NCBI GenBank assembly: GCA_963675525.2
Contig: CAXXSL010000011.1
Location: 1 to 64,000 of the forward strand
Source of the DNA: Anaerohalosphaeraceae bacterium
GTDB lineage: Bacteria > Planctomycetota > Phycisphaerae > Sedimentisphaerales > Anaerohalosphaeraceae
Length of the DNA stretch: 64,000 nt
Direction: 5' to 3'
The notes under the pieces were generated by a model. That model did not search any database, was not told the DNA's origin, and was given only the letters and a program-made list of their open reading frames with translations. The position numbers were made by a program, and so were the translations under genes. Positions 1 to 9,822 of the stretch are shown here, one piece after another. Within the stretch, counting starts at the first letter, position 1. Each line of letters begins with the position of its first letter.

Positions 1-1466
1 TGAATCTCGTCAAGTGCCGATTCGGCTGTCAATTCGATCGTTCCCTTGCCTGTTCGCACCAGACATTCGCGGACGTCGAGTTCTCCTTGAAAATCAACGG
101 CGACTATGCTGACGTAGGGATCGGGGGGATCGCCGCTCAACTTTACCAGTACGTCATCGCCATGGCGCATCACCTCAAGTGTATGGAGCGGGTCGCCCAG
201 CGGGGTCGCCTGGGTAACTTTGTTAGCCAGTCCCGGCAGGCGAATGCTGTCCTGGCGCTGCCCAGTCGTCGATAAGTAAGTAGATCCGTCCCAGGACGCA
301 GCGAACACCAAGCCCCCTGCAAGTTCCTAAAAGGTCCCGGGTTTTGTCCCGTAGATCGCTTCGCCATGTACCTTCATCCAGCGGCCAATGTTTCGCAACA
401 CTTCTTGTTCATACTCCAGAACCGTCCCATCGGCCATGGGGCCGATGTTCAACAGAAAGTTACCGCCTTTAGATGTAATCATGGCCAGTTTGCCGATTTG
501 CTTATCGAGCTGCTTGTCCATATCCGGACGTGGTGCGAATGCCTTATAGGCCCACGTGTCAAATCGTTTGTTGTCCCAGCCTTCGATTTCACTATTACGC
601 CAGTTATAAAGGGTACTTGGCGCTTCCCAACGCTGTGAAATTGGATGTCGCGGCAGGCGCATTGTCGTTCATGGTCAGAAAGTCGCCCATGTTGTTCATG
701 ACCCGTCCATTGACCACACAGTCGGGCTGCAGGCTGTGAATGGTTGCGGTCATCAGGGCGCTTTGTTGGGGGTGTATGGTTGCCCATGTCGAAGAACAGT
801 TCACAGAGCGGGCCGTATCCGGTTAACAACTCCTTGAGTTGATTAAGGATATATATCTCCATATCACGTGGAATCTCTTCGAATACGTTGTAATAGGTAG
901 GGTCAATCTGGCGCCGGGGGTGAGGAACATGCCAGTCCGGAAACGAGTAATAGAAGCCCCAGTTTGATATCTTCTGCTTCGCAAGCGGCAGCCAACGGTT
1001 TCAACACATCCCGGCCCCAAGGCGTCGCATCGGCCCATATCGAAGTCTGTGTACTTTGAATCGAACAGGCAAAAACCATCGTGATGCTTGCTCGTAATCA
1101 CGATGTATTTCATCCCTGCATCCTTAGCCAGTTGTACCCATTTGACGGGATCGTAACGATGCGGATAGAACTGATTGAGAAATCCGGGCATACTCCGGCT
1201 GCGATATGGAAGCCGTTCGCTGGAGGTGCTCGGCGAGTCCGGCGATTTGGCGTCCGTCCCAATAGCCGCCCTGGGTTGAATAAATGCCCCAATGAATGAA
1301 CATACCGAACTTCAGGTCGCTCCAGGCCTCCAGTGCCAATTCATTGCTGACAACTCGTTTTTCGGGCTGACCATGGATGTCTTTTGCTTCAAGGGGATGC
1401 ACACAGCAGCACCGCCAAAATACCCAACAAAACATCCGGCTTCATATCGATTACAGTCTTACACAT
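1..1466 (-). pseudogene. Alpha-L-fucosidase (GH29), split by several frameshifts and running off the window start; probably sequencing error rather than true decay
   Basis: Consecutive minus-strand fragments carry GH29 motifs in order: [85 protein letters not shown]. Hydrophobic leader (DVLLGILAVLLC) after ATG at 1466/1445. Confidence 0.85.
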
Positions 1467-1547
1467 ATTTATCTAAATTATGAAAATGAGATTTAAAACG
1501 TGGAAAATCGTGATTTAGTGAAATCTTTAAAGCCAAGGTATTTAAAC

Positions 1548-1621
1548 CACGCCCGCCAGGATTCGAACCTGGGACCGCTGGATTAGAAATCCAGTGCTCT
1601 ATCCGACTGAGCTACGAGCGC
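1548..1621 (-). tRNA. tRNA-Arg (anticodon TCT), CCA not encoded
   Basis: Reverse complement gives GCGCTCG acceptor stem, TAGCTCAGTCGGATAGAGC D-arm, CTGGA-TTTCTAA-TCCAG anticodon arm and GGTTCGAATCC T-arm. Confidence 0.96.
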
Positions 1622-1865
1622 AAAATCCTGTAAAGTGCATTAATGTAACGTCTTGTGACAGTTTCTGTCAAGCGTAATTTGGGATGTTGGCGAATTGGCG
1701 GCGCTGTTTGGTGATGAATATTGCAATCGATGGTTAACTGGTTATTTCCAAACAGCTTATTCTTTGTTTTTCCTTGATTTTGTGGGATGAGATTGTTCTA
1801 ATATGCCAGTTTTGATGCAAAAATAAAAAATTACGTTCAATTTCAGTAAATTAAGGATCAAAAAG

Positions 1866-3055
1866 ATGAAAACGAGTTTGCGAGCCCAATCTGTGCCGCC
1901 TTCGGCGACGATGGCTGTCACAGCCCGCGCGAAGGAAATGAAAGCATCGGGAATTGATGTCGTCAGTTTTTGCAGCGGGTGAACCGGATTTTGATACGCC
2001 GGATTTTATCAAAGAGGCGGCGATTGACGCCTTGAAGGCGGGGAAAAACGGGCTATACCGCTACCCCCGGCATTGTGGAAACTGCGCAAGGCCATCGCCG
2101 ATAAGCTCAAAAAAGAAAACAACCTTGATTATAAGCCGGAACAAATCATTGTTAACATTGGTGCCAAACATTCGGTTTATGAATCCATGCAAGCTGTACT
2201 GGACCCCGGTGACGAGGTTATTTTGCCAACGCCGTACTGGGTGACGTATCCGGAAACGATTAAGCTGACGGGAGCAAAAGCCGTTGTTGTTGAAACCCGC
2301 GAAGAGAACGGCTATAAACTGACCGCTGAACAGCTTCAAGCGGACAATCACCGACAAGACGGCCATGCTGTTGCTGAACTCGCCGAATAATCCCGGCGGG
2401 TTTGCGTACAGCCCGGACGAACTGAAATCGCTGGCCAAGGTGCTGGAAGGAACAGATATCATGGTTCTGTCGGATGAAATTTATGAACGCCTGATGTACG
2501 GCAACAACAAATTCGTTAGTTTCGCTTCGCTCAGCGAGGACGCTTATAATCGTACACTGACCATCAACGGCATGAGCAAGGCCTATGCGATGACCGGTTG
2601 GCGGGTTGGTTATACCGCCGGACCCATCGACGCGATTAAGGCAATGACCCGTTTGCAATCCCACATGACGCCAGAATCCGGTTACCTTTGTCCAGTACGG
2701 GGCGCTGGCGGCATTGCAGGACACCACCGGGGCGGTCGAAAAAATGCGTGTGGAATTTGAAAAACGCGGCGTTGTGATGGCGGAGCGTCTGAACGCGATT
2801 GCGGGTTTTCAATGCCATCAGCCGGAAGGTGCGTTTTATTGCTTCCCGGATGTATCGGCTCACTATGGGAAAACAATCGGAGGCGCTGCCCTCAACAACA
2901 GTATGGATTTCGCATCCGCCCTGCTGGAACAGGCGAAGGTCGCCGTTGTTCCGGGCGATCCGTTTGGATGCCCTAAAAATATCCGACTGAGCTTTGCCTG
3001 TTCGATGGAACAGATCGAAACGGGAATCGATCGAATCCAACAATGGCTTCAATGA
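1866..3055 (+). pseudogene. PLP-dependent class I/II aminotransferase (aspartate aminotransferase-like) with about 5 single-base insertions; likely intact in vivo
   Basis: Motifs AGEPDFDTP, GAKHS, PYWVTY, NSPNNPGG, SDEIYE, NGMSKAYAMTGWRVGY, PEGAFY and IRLSFA are spread over successive frames. Removing one base near 1966-1971, ~2045, ~2080, ~2345 and ~2672 restores one ORF. Confidence 0.85.
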
Positions 3056-5907
3056 ACGATTTGACAAAAACAACCGAATCACCCAAATGGTTTAAGGTCA
3101 TTCTGCTACTCGGGATGCTGCTGTTCGCTTTCTATGGGTCGACGCACATGGTTGCCGCAGGCGACACGTGGGTGGCGATGGCGTGCGGACGGCATTTTGC
3201 CAATCACGGTGTCGATACGGTCGAACCGTTTAGTTTCAATTCGCACCCGGCCGGGCCATCGGACGAAACACTTTCAAAGGCCGGCTGGCCGGAATGGACG
3301 CACGGCATCATTCGCAAAGTGCATCCGACCGGATGGATCAATCAGAACTGGTTAACCCACTTGACTTTTTACAAACTGGCCACCTGGTTCGGCGAGGGTG
3401 ACAATTACAATTTCAACGCGCTAGTTTACTGGAAATTTGCCCTCTATTTTATTACGGTCCTGATCGTTTACGCAACGGGCAGGCTAATCGGCCTGACCGA
3501 TATACTTGCGGCAGCGGCAGCGTGTTTTGCACTGGTGATCGGGAGGACATTTTACGACATCCGTCCGGCGGGATATTCCAATATGCTGGTCCCGGCACTG
3601 ATCCTGATCATGGCGATGGCGATGTACAAGAACTACCGGCTGATCTGGCTGGTGGTTCCTTTAGTGGTATTCTGGGCGAATGTCCACGGCGGTTACATCT
3701 ACGCGTTTATTATGTTTGTGCCGTTTGTCGGCATCAATCTTCTTCTCCGACTGCCGCGACGATGGACACTTTGCCTGGGATTCATTGGGGTGTGGCTGGT
3801 TATGTATATTATGAGTCACAATTTTATCACTCATAAATACTATACGATGGTGCAAGACATACTTCGGCGTCCTCGGCAGGACATCTCTCTGCTGGGGAAT
3901 AATATGTTCTGGGCATGGATACTGCTGGCGGCCGGTTCGCTGGCTTTAACCATCCCGCGAAAAATCCCGGCCCCTTTGTTCTATGGTTATCATATCGTCG
4001 CCGGGGTGATCTTCTTTTTTAGCTTGCTACTCCGATTCCTGCCGTCAACCCCGAGCAATCTAACAGATTACTTTGAAAAAATGTATTCGTATTTTGTATG
4101 GTCCTCGCGGATGTCATTTATTTTTGTTTTCATCGCGGGAAGCTTGTTGATCTGTGCGATGGCTCTTAAGAAACAGCGGTTTCTCTCGCTGCCTGTAAAC
4201 GGCATCTATCACACCATTGGCGCCGGGGCTGTTGCGCTGGCAGCCATGGTTATTTTCAATCCCTTCCATCTGACGAATCTGACACACACCTTTGAGATCA
4301 GCGTCAGCAAGCACGCCGAATCCTGGCGTCAGGTCGCCGAATGGAAGCCCGCATTTGACTGGATGGACAAACTGGCCGACAGGCCTAATATGGTCGGTGA
4401 TGAAGAAGCGTTTGGTGTGTTATGTGTCCTGACGCTGGCCGGTCTGCTGATATGGCTGGTCGCGTATTTCCTGAAACGGCAGGATGCCGTCGGGACAAAC
4501 AATAAAAAGAAACCGAGTTCCGAATCGGCAACAGACACCTGCTCCTGGCCCAAAATCGATCTGGCATTGCTCGTCATTGCCCTGCTGACAATTTACATGG
4601 CTGTTCGATCCCGGCGTTTTATCGCGATCGCCGGTGCGACAGCCTGTCCGTTTATCTTTTTGTTGTTCAAGGAAGCGTTTGCAAATATCCCTCGAAAAGT
4701 TAATACGATACTATCGATTATTCTGGTTGGGATCAGTATCTTCTTCATATTATCCTGGAATGTACTATTCAAAGATTTCGAAAAACTTATCTCATCATGG
4801 CAAACTCGGTTTGTTGTCGAGATCCTTGTGATTTCTCTAATTGGCAGTCTGTATTTTCTGCATAACAAAGAAAAAATGCCTAACGCGTTCCGGACTGCCC
4901 CTGCGTACCTTTTTACGACGGGAATTATTATTCTCGCCTGTCATTGGGGAGCCGAGTATAAACGGGTTTATCTGGATCCCTGGCCAAGCGACAATCAATA
5001 CAACACCGTTTTTATGCGAATGACCGCTTCTCACCTGAAACCGACTGAAGCATGCGAATTTATCCGACATAATGAAATTTCAGGGAAAGTCTTTAATTAC
5101 TGGACTGAAGGCGGTGCAGTCGCACTCGGTCAGAAACCCGATGAGAAAACCGGCCATATTCCCCTCAAACTCTTTATGGACGGGCGTGCTCAGGCCGCTT
5201 ACAACCATGATAAATTTAAGTTGTGGCAGGATATTTTTTCGGGTGGGCCCATCGCCCAGAAAGCCCGATTAGACAACTCCACGTTATCCCAACAACAATG
5301 GGGCCAAATCGGCGAACGGATCGATGCGCAATTGGGTAATGACGTTTGGGTGGTACTGATGCCGAGTTCTCAGGAAGACAGCACTTTTATGAGGGCCTTA
5401 TTGAAGACGGGACACTGGAAGACCGCTTATCAGGATAATATTCAGCACCTGCTGGTTAATGCTCGAACCCCACAAGGCGAAAAGCTCATCGGTGATGTTC
5501 TCGCTGGACAGGTCTGGTTTCCAAGTGAGTACTCGAAATGTCTGACAACGTTTGTTGCGATTACTGAAAACAATCTTTCGGGACGTTATTCCGAACTTTA
5601 CAGTCTGGCCAAGAGAGCCTTCGATATCTTCCCTTATCCTTCGGCGACAATCGCCATGATTCGACTTGAGAATCTGCCGGCCTTTCGTGATCAGGTTTTA
5701 AATGATTTTAAAAATTACCTGGATGATTTTGTCGCCCAAAATGAACTGTATGAGAGTGAAAACGGATATCTGCAACGGCTTACTTCCGCAGATGTTTGTG
5801 CAAAAAACTTAGCTCGAAGCATTCCGCAGGAAAGCCAGAAATATTCAGACATGTCCCGTCAACTTAACGAGGAGGCGGCGCAAATTAAAGGACGTTCGAT
5901 CTGGTAA
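3052..5907 (+). CDS. Polytopic GT-C-fold membrane glycosyltransferase with STT3/PglB-like architecture
   Basis: Many TM segments, an acidic residue after TM1 (GDTW), WANVHGGY, QVAEWKP, RRF, and a soluble C-terminal domain with FNYWTEGG and FMDGR. ATG at 3052 overlaps the upstream TGA (ATGA). Confidence 0.65.
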   Translation: MNDLTKTTESPKWFKVILLLGMLLFAFYGSTHMVAAGDTWVAMACGRHFANHGVDTVEPFSFNSHPAGPSDETLSKAGWPEWTHGIIRKVHPTGWINQNWLTHLTFYKLATWFGEGDNYNFNALVYWKFALYFITVLIVYATGRLIGLTDILAAAAACFALVIGRTFYDIRPAGYSNMLVPALILIMAMAMYKNYRLIWLVVPLVVFWANVHGGYIYAFIMFVPFVGINLLLRLPRRWTLCLGFIGVWLVMYIMSHNFITHKYYTMVQDILRRPRQDISLLGNNMFWAWILLAAGSLALTIPRKIPAPLFYGYHIVAGVIFFFSLLLRFLPSTPSNLTDYFEKMYSYFVWSSRMSFIFVFIAGSLLICAMALKKQRFLSLPVNGIYHTIGAGAVALAAMVIFNPFHLTNLTHTFEISVSKHAESWRQVAEWKPAFDWMDKLADRPNMVGDEEAFGVLCVLTLAGLLIWLVAYFLKRQDAVGTNNKKKPSSESATDTCSWPKIDLALLVIALLTIYMAVRSRRFIAIAGATACPFIFLLFKEAFANIPRKVNTILSIILVGISIFFILSWNVLFKDFEKLISSWQTRFVVEILVISLIGSLYFLHNKEKMPNAFRTAPAYLFTTGIIILACHWGAEYKRVYLDPWPSDNQYNTVFMRMTASHLKPTEACEFIRHNEISGKVFNYWTEGGAVALGQKPDEKTGHIPLKLFMDGRAQAAYNHDKFKLWQDIFSGGPIAQKARLDNSTLSQQQWGQIGERIDAQLGNDVWVVLMPSSQEDSTFMRALLKTGHWKTAYQDNIQHLLVNARTPQGEKLIGDVLAGQVWFPSEYSKCLTTFVAITENNLSGRYSELYSLAKRAFDIFPYPSATIAMIRLENLPAFRDQVLNDFKNYLDDFVAQNELYESENGYLQRLTSADVCAKNLARSIPQESQKYSDMSRQLNEEAAQIKGRSIW

Positions 5908-5912
5908 CCCAC

Positions 5913-6641
5913 GTGGAAAATGAAAATCCTATATCCCGCTCTCATTCCATCAGTTCTTTAAGCATCTTTTTTCCGTGTTTCAATGAGAAAGACGCCATCG
6001 GCCCCCTTACTGAAAAAACGTTGGCGGCCGTTAAACCGCTTTGTGACGATTTTGAGATCATCCTTGTCGATGACGGCAGTACGGACGGCACATCCGAAAC
6101 AGCGGATCAGTTAGCTGCAGCATACCCGACTGTTCGCGTTATTCACCACGAACAAAATTGCGGTTATGGATCCGCCCTTCAAAGCGGCTTTCGAGCCGCC
6201 AGAAAAGAGTACATTTTTTACACGGATGGCGACGGCCAGTTTGACATCAATGAAATATCCATGCTATTACCTTTGACGGCAGAGTATGACATCGTTAGCG
6301 GTTACCGCCTCACCCGTCAAGAGGGTTTTCTTAGGAAATTCAATGCCTTTTGCTGGTCATCTTTGGTGGGTTTCCTGTTTGACCTGAAGCTGAAAGATGT
6401 TGACTGCGCTTTTAAGCTCTATAAGCGCGAGATATTCGATCATATTGAAATGCACAGTACCGGCGCGCTGATCGACACGGAAATCCTGGCGCGTGCCAAA
6501 CAAAAAGGCTATTCGATGACCCAGATCGGCGTTCATCATTACCCACGCATCGCGGGCCAGGCAACCGGTGCCAATCTGAAGGTTATCGTAAAAGCGTTTC
6601 GGGAATTGTTTCAGTTACGAAAAAAAATACTCCAAAAATAA
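5913..6641 (+). CDS. Family 2 glycosyltransferase, DPM1/polyprenol-phosphate glycosyltransferase-like
   Basis: SIFFPCFNE, VDDGSTDGT, NCGYGSAL, TDGDGQFD, DVDCAFKL, DTEIL motifs. Confidence 0.9.
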   Translation: MENENPISRSHSISSLSIFFPCFNEKDAIGPLTEKTLAAVKPLCDDFEIILVDDGSTDGTSETADQLAAAYPTVRVIHHEQNCGYGSALQSGFRAARKEYIFYTDGDGQFDINEISMLLPLTAEYDIVSGYRLTRQEGFLRKFNAFCWSSLVGFLFDLKLKDVDCAFKLYKREIFDHIEMHSTGALIDTEILARAKQKGYSMTQIGVHHYPRIAGQATGANLKVIVKAFRELFQLRKKILQK

Positions 6642-6643
6642 AT

Positions 6644-7792
6644 ATGAAAATATACCGAAGCCAACAATTAATCCGGCCGGATCTGCAGGCACACATTTTT
6701 TCGCACGATTTGCTGGATAACGTGCGTAAACTGAAAAGCCTCTGTCCGCCCAAAACGAAGTTCTGTGCCGTTGTCAAGGCCAACGCTTACGGACATGGTA
6801 TCGGGGAAATCGTGAATATCCTGATGCGGGACGGTGTTGATGCATTTGCGGTTGCCACTATTTACGAAGCCATCCATATTGCCCCCCTAACGGGTAAAAA
6901 ATCGATTCTGATTTTAGAACCACTGACTCCTTGCCAATCGATAGAAGAAATTCAGCTTTGCGCACGCCGTGGTTTTGACTGCATTTTGCATTCTCTGGAT
7001 TCGTTGCATTACATTCGCGAGGCTCTTAGTCGGACCCAATCCGTATTGAAAGTGCACCTGAATATTGAAACCGGCATGGGCCGATGCGGGATCATGCCGG
7101 AACTGGCGGGGCAATTACTGGAGGATATCGAGAATTGCCCCCATCTTAAATTAGCGGGCGTTTTTACCCATTTTGCCACAGCTGATGAAGAAGACCTTTC
7201 CTATGCTTATGAACAACACCACAACTTCGAGTCGTTTTTGGGTAATTATGGGCTGAGAAATCGCGGCATTTTGATCCATGCCGCCAACAGCGCCGCGACC
7301 ATCAAAATGCCGCAAGCTCACTATGATATGGTTCGTTGCGGGATTGCGATGTACGGCTATTATTCGCGGCCCATGAAAAACCCGCCGGTTCAACTAAAAC
7401 CGATATTAAAACTTCAGGCCCCCATTACCCAGATCAAAGCTATTCCAGCCGGACATTCGGTCAGTTACGGGCGGTCCTTTACGCCCCAACGGGACACCAC
7501 GGCGGCCATTGTCCCGCTTGGTTATGCTGACGGGTATCGTCGATGTTTTTCGAATCGCGCCAAAATGAAAATCGGGCAAGCCGTTGTGCCGGTCATCGGA
7601 CGTGTTTGTATGGATCAGGTCATATTGGATATTACCGACACTCCGGATGTTCAACCGGGGCATATGGTAACGGTTCTCGATAATTCACACGATTCGCCCT
7701 GCTCAGCATATGCTCTGGCGGATCTGGCCGATACAATTTGCTATGAAATTCTAACTTTTATCCATGCCCATGTTAATCGGATTGTCCACTGA
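6644..7792 (+). CDS. alr: Alanine racemase
   Basis: AVVKANAYGHG (PLP lysine), ETGMGRCG, THFATAD, HAANSAA, SVSYG, GYADG, GRVCMDQ, TICYE. Confidence 0.97.
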   Translation: MKIYRSQQLIRPDLQAHIFSHDLLDNVRKLKSLCPPKTKFCAVVKANAYGHGIGEIVNILMRDGVDAFAVATIYEAIHIAPLTGKKSILILEPLTPCQSIEEIQLCARRGFDCILHSLDSLHYIREALSRTQSVLKVHLNIETGMGRCGIMPELAGQLLEDIENCPHLKLAGVFTHFATADEEDLSYAYEQHHNFESFLGNYGLRNRGILIHAANSAATIKMPQAHYDMVRCGIAMYGYYSRPMKNPPVQLKPILKLQAPITQIKAIPAGHSVSYGRSFTPQRDTTAAIVPLGYADGYRRCFSNRAKMKIGQAVVPVIGRVCMDQVILDITDTPDVQPGHMVTVLDNSHDSPCSAYALADLADTICYEILTFIHAHVNRIVH

Positions 7793-7822
7793 TCCTTTTC
7801 CTTCCTGAAAGAATATGCTATC

Positions 7823-9787
7823 ATGGAGCCAATGCAGGAGACGACAACAAATCTATTCGTTTACGGATCGCTTCGGGAACCGTCGATCTTTGAATCGGTC
7901 TGCGGTTTTAGTTTTTCACTAAAACCCTCCCGCAACCGGGCTTCGAATGTGCTTGCCGCAGAACTTGCGATGTTGCCGGGATATCGGCGTGTCAGTCCGG
8001 ATAACGTGTATTATTATGCCGTCCCGGACAGCACGGCCAAAATCCAGGGATTCGTCGTCTACAATGTTCCTCCTTCGGCAATGAACGTCGTTGATAAATA
8101 TGAAGGGAAATTCTATGTACGGGAATCGGTCACCGTCAATACAGCCAACGGCCCGATCGAAAGCCAGGCTTATTTAGCCAGCCCACAAACCATGAAAAAA
8201 CGATTTGGTGACCGGTTTCATGTCAATTTGATTCATGAACTTTGGCTGCGAAAACGGATCCAGCGTTTTTTCGACGATCACACCCGCCCCGGAGAAAAAT
8301 CGATCGATGCGGACGTTGAACGCCGCGCCCGGCGAGAACTGATCGGAACAACAGAACGCGACCTGGTGGTCAGCCATCTCGGGCAGGATGCCGTCAGTGA
8401 CTACTTTCTCGAACATGAACTGGACCGGCCCTGTCCGTCCATTCAATCTCTTCTCGAAACACCCGAAGCACTCCCTTATGCTGAAAATTATCTCGCACTG
8501 GTTATTAAGCAGGCCATTTTAAATCATTTTGAATGGATGATCTATGAGCGATTTCGATTTGAATTGGACCAACTGTCTTCCAGTCCGCGTTACTTCACAA
8601 GGACCATCGGTCTGTTAATTGCTTTGCGAATGATCAACTCAAACAACCAGACGATCGACATGCTTCTTCGCTGCGGTATTGATACGATGCCGCTGCGTGA
8701 AAAATACGATCTCATTGATTACGTCAAATACGCCATTAATGCAGCAGAAAAGGCCTTCGATCCGCGTGTTGTGCAAAGTTCCCTTCAGTGGATCCGTAAC
8801 AATTTCCAACCGGGTCTGGTCCCGATGGGGGCAGAACTGGAAATGAGCAACCTGGGATTTCGTGCCATTCATAATGAGCATGGAAAACAGGATCCGATTT
8901 TTGACGGCTTCCGGTATTTTAATGAATTCGCATTAGATGTTCTGATGTGGAAAATGGGCGGCTATGTTGACAATCATTCCGGCTCACATGCTTCGGCAAA
9001 ACGGGGCTTTCTTGAATTGGCTCCCGGGCGGCTGAATATTATCGGAGAACTGTCAAAGCCGGCCACTTCGGACCCCTGGATATTGAGTCAGTTAATTCGG
9101 GAGACTGTGAATTTCTACCCGGTCAACCCGCACAGTTTACACCTGACATTTCAGCTCAGGCGTAATCAAATCGGCAACCAAACGGTTCTTCCACTGAACT
9201 TCGTTAAATGTCTGTTTGTATTAGGGGGAGGAACTGAGATTACTCAATCGGGAAAATTATGGGTTTCCCGTATGGAGCATGATGAGATCGAACGCAATGA
9301 GTATGGAGAAGAATTGATCTTTGCCCGGACCAGCAAACGCCGATCCCGGATGCCGACAGACCTGCTGATCGATTCCCGGTCGAGCAAGTTTCCTGCGTAT
9401 ACCCATCAGTATAAATTTATGCGGCTGGAACGCCGGGCCAATTACGAGCCGCTGATCATGGCCCTGAAAGGTCTCCAGCTTTCGGTCAATCCCGGGGATT
9501 ATTTAACCTCGGAGCAACTGGCTGGCAGCCGACGATTACAAAAGGAGTATGAGGAACTCAAGGCATGGGCCATTAATCCGACCCCAATCAGCCGCCGATC
9601 AAAGGGGCGTTTTTTAGATGCGATTTATGAAGGATTGATGCACGAAGCTCATCATAAGCCCTATCACAAGGCGCATTATATTGATTGGGCACTGGGAGCA
9701 ATCGATCTTCAACTTCGGCTATTCAATAAGAAAGTTGAGCAGAATCAGCCGGAACGGTCAAGTTTTCCTTTTCAAAAGCCGCTTTAG
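7823..9787 (+). CDS. Gamma-glutamylcyclotransferase (AIG2-like) domain fused to a helical region and a putative glutamine-synthetase/glutamate-cysteine-ligase-like domain
   Basis: N-terminal LFVYGSL...DKYEG..Y.R is the GGCT signature. The C-terminal half has MGAELE, GFLEL and HSLHLTF in the order expected for COOH-NH2 ligases (inferred). Confidence 0.7.
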   Translation: MEPMQETTTNLFVYGSLREPSIFESVCGFSFSLKPSRNRASNVLAAELAMLPGYRRVSPDNVYYYAVPDSTAKIQGFVVYNVPPSAMNVVDKYEGKFYVRESVTVNTANGPIESQAYLASPQTMKKRFGDRFHVNLIHELWLRKRIQRFFDDHTRPGEKSIDADVERRARRELIGTTERDLVVSHLGQDAVSDYFLEHELDRPCPSIQSLLETPEALPYAENYLALVIKQAILNHFEWMIYERFRFELDQLSSSPRYFTRTIGLLIALRMINSNNQTIDMLLRCGIDTMPLREKYDLIDYVKYAINAAEKAFDPRVVQSSLQWIRNNFQPGLVPMGAELEMSNLGFRAIHNEHGKQDPIFDGFRYFNEFALDVLMWKMGGYVDNHSGSHASAKRGFLELAPGRLNIIGELSKPATSDPWILSQLIRETVNFYPVNPHSLHLTFQLRRNQIGNQTVLPLNFVKCLFVLGGGTEITQSGKLWVSRMEHDEIERNEYGEELIFARTSKRRSRMPTDLLIDSRSSKFPAYTHQYKFMRLERRANYEPLIMALKGLQLSVNPGDYLTSEQLAGSRRLQKEYEELKAWAINPTPISRRSKGRFLDAIYEGLMHEAHHKPYHKAHYIDWALGAIDLQLRLFNKKVEQNQPERSSFPFQKPL

Positions 9788-9822
9788 CGAAACTCCGGGC
9801 CACCTCCAAGAATCGGCAGTAT

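Noticed and set aside
1866..2760. Programmed frameshifting or phase variation in the aminotransferase
   Set aside because: About five separate single-base insertions in one housekeeping gene, next to an equally broken gene, fit sequencing error better.
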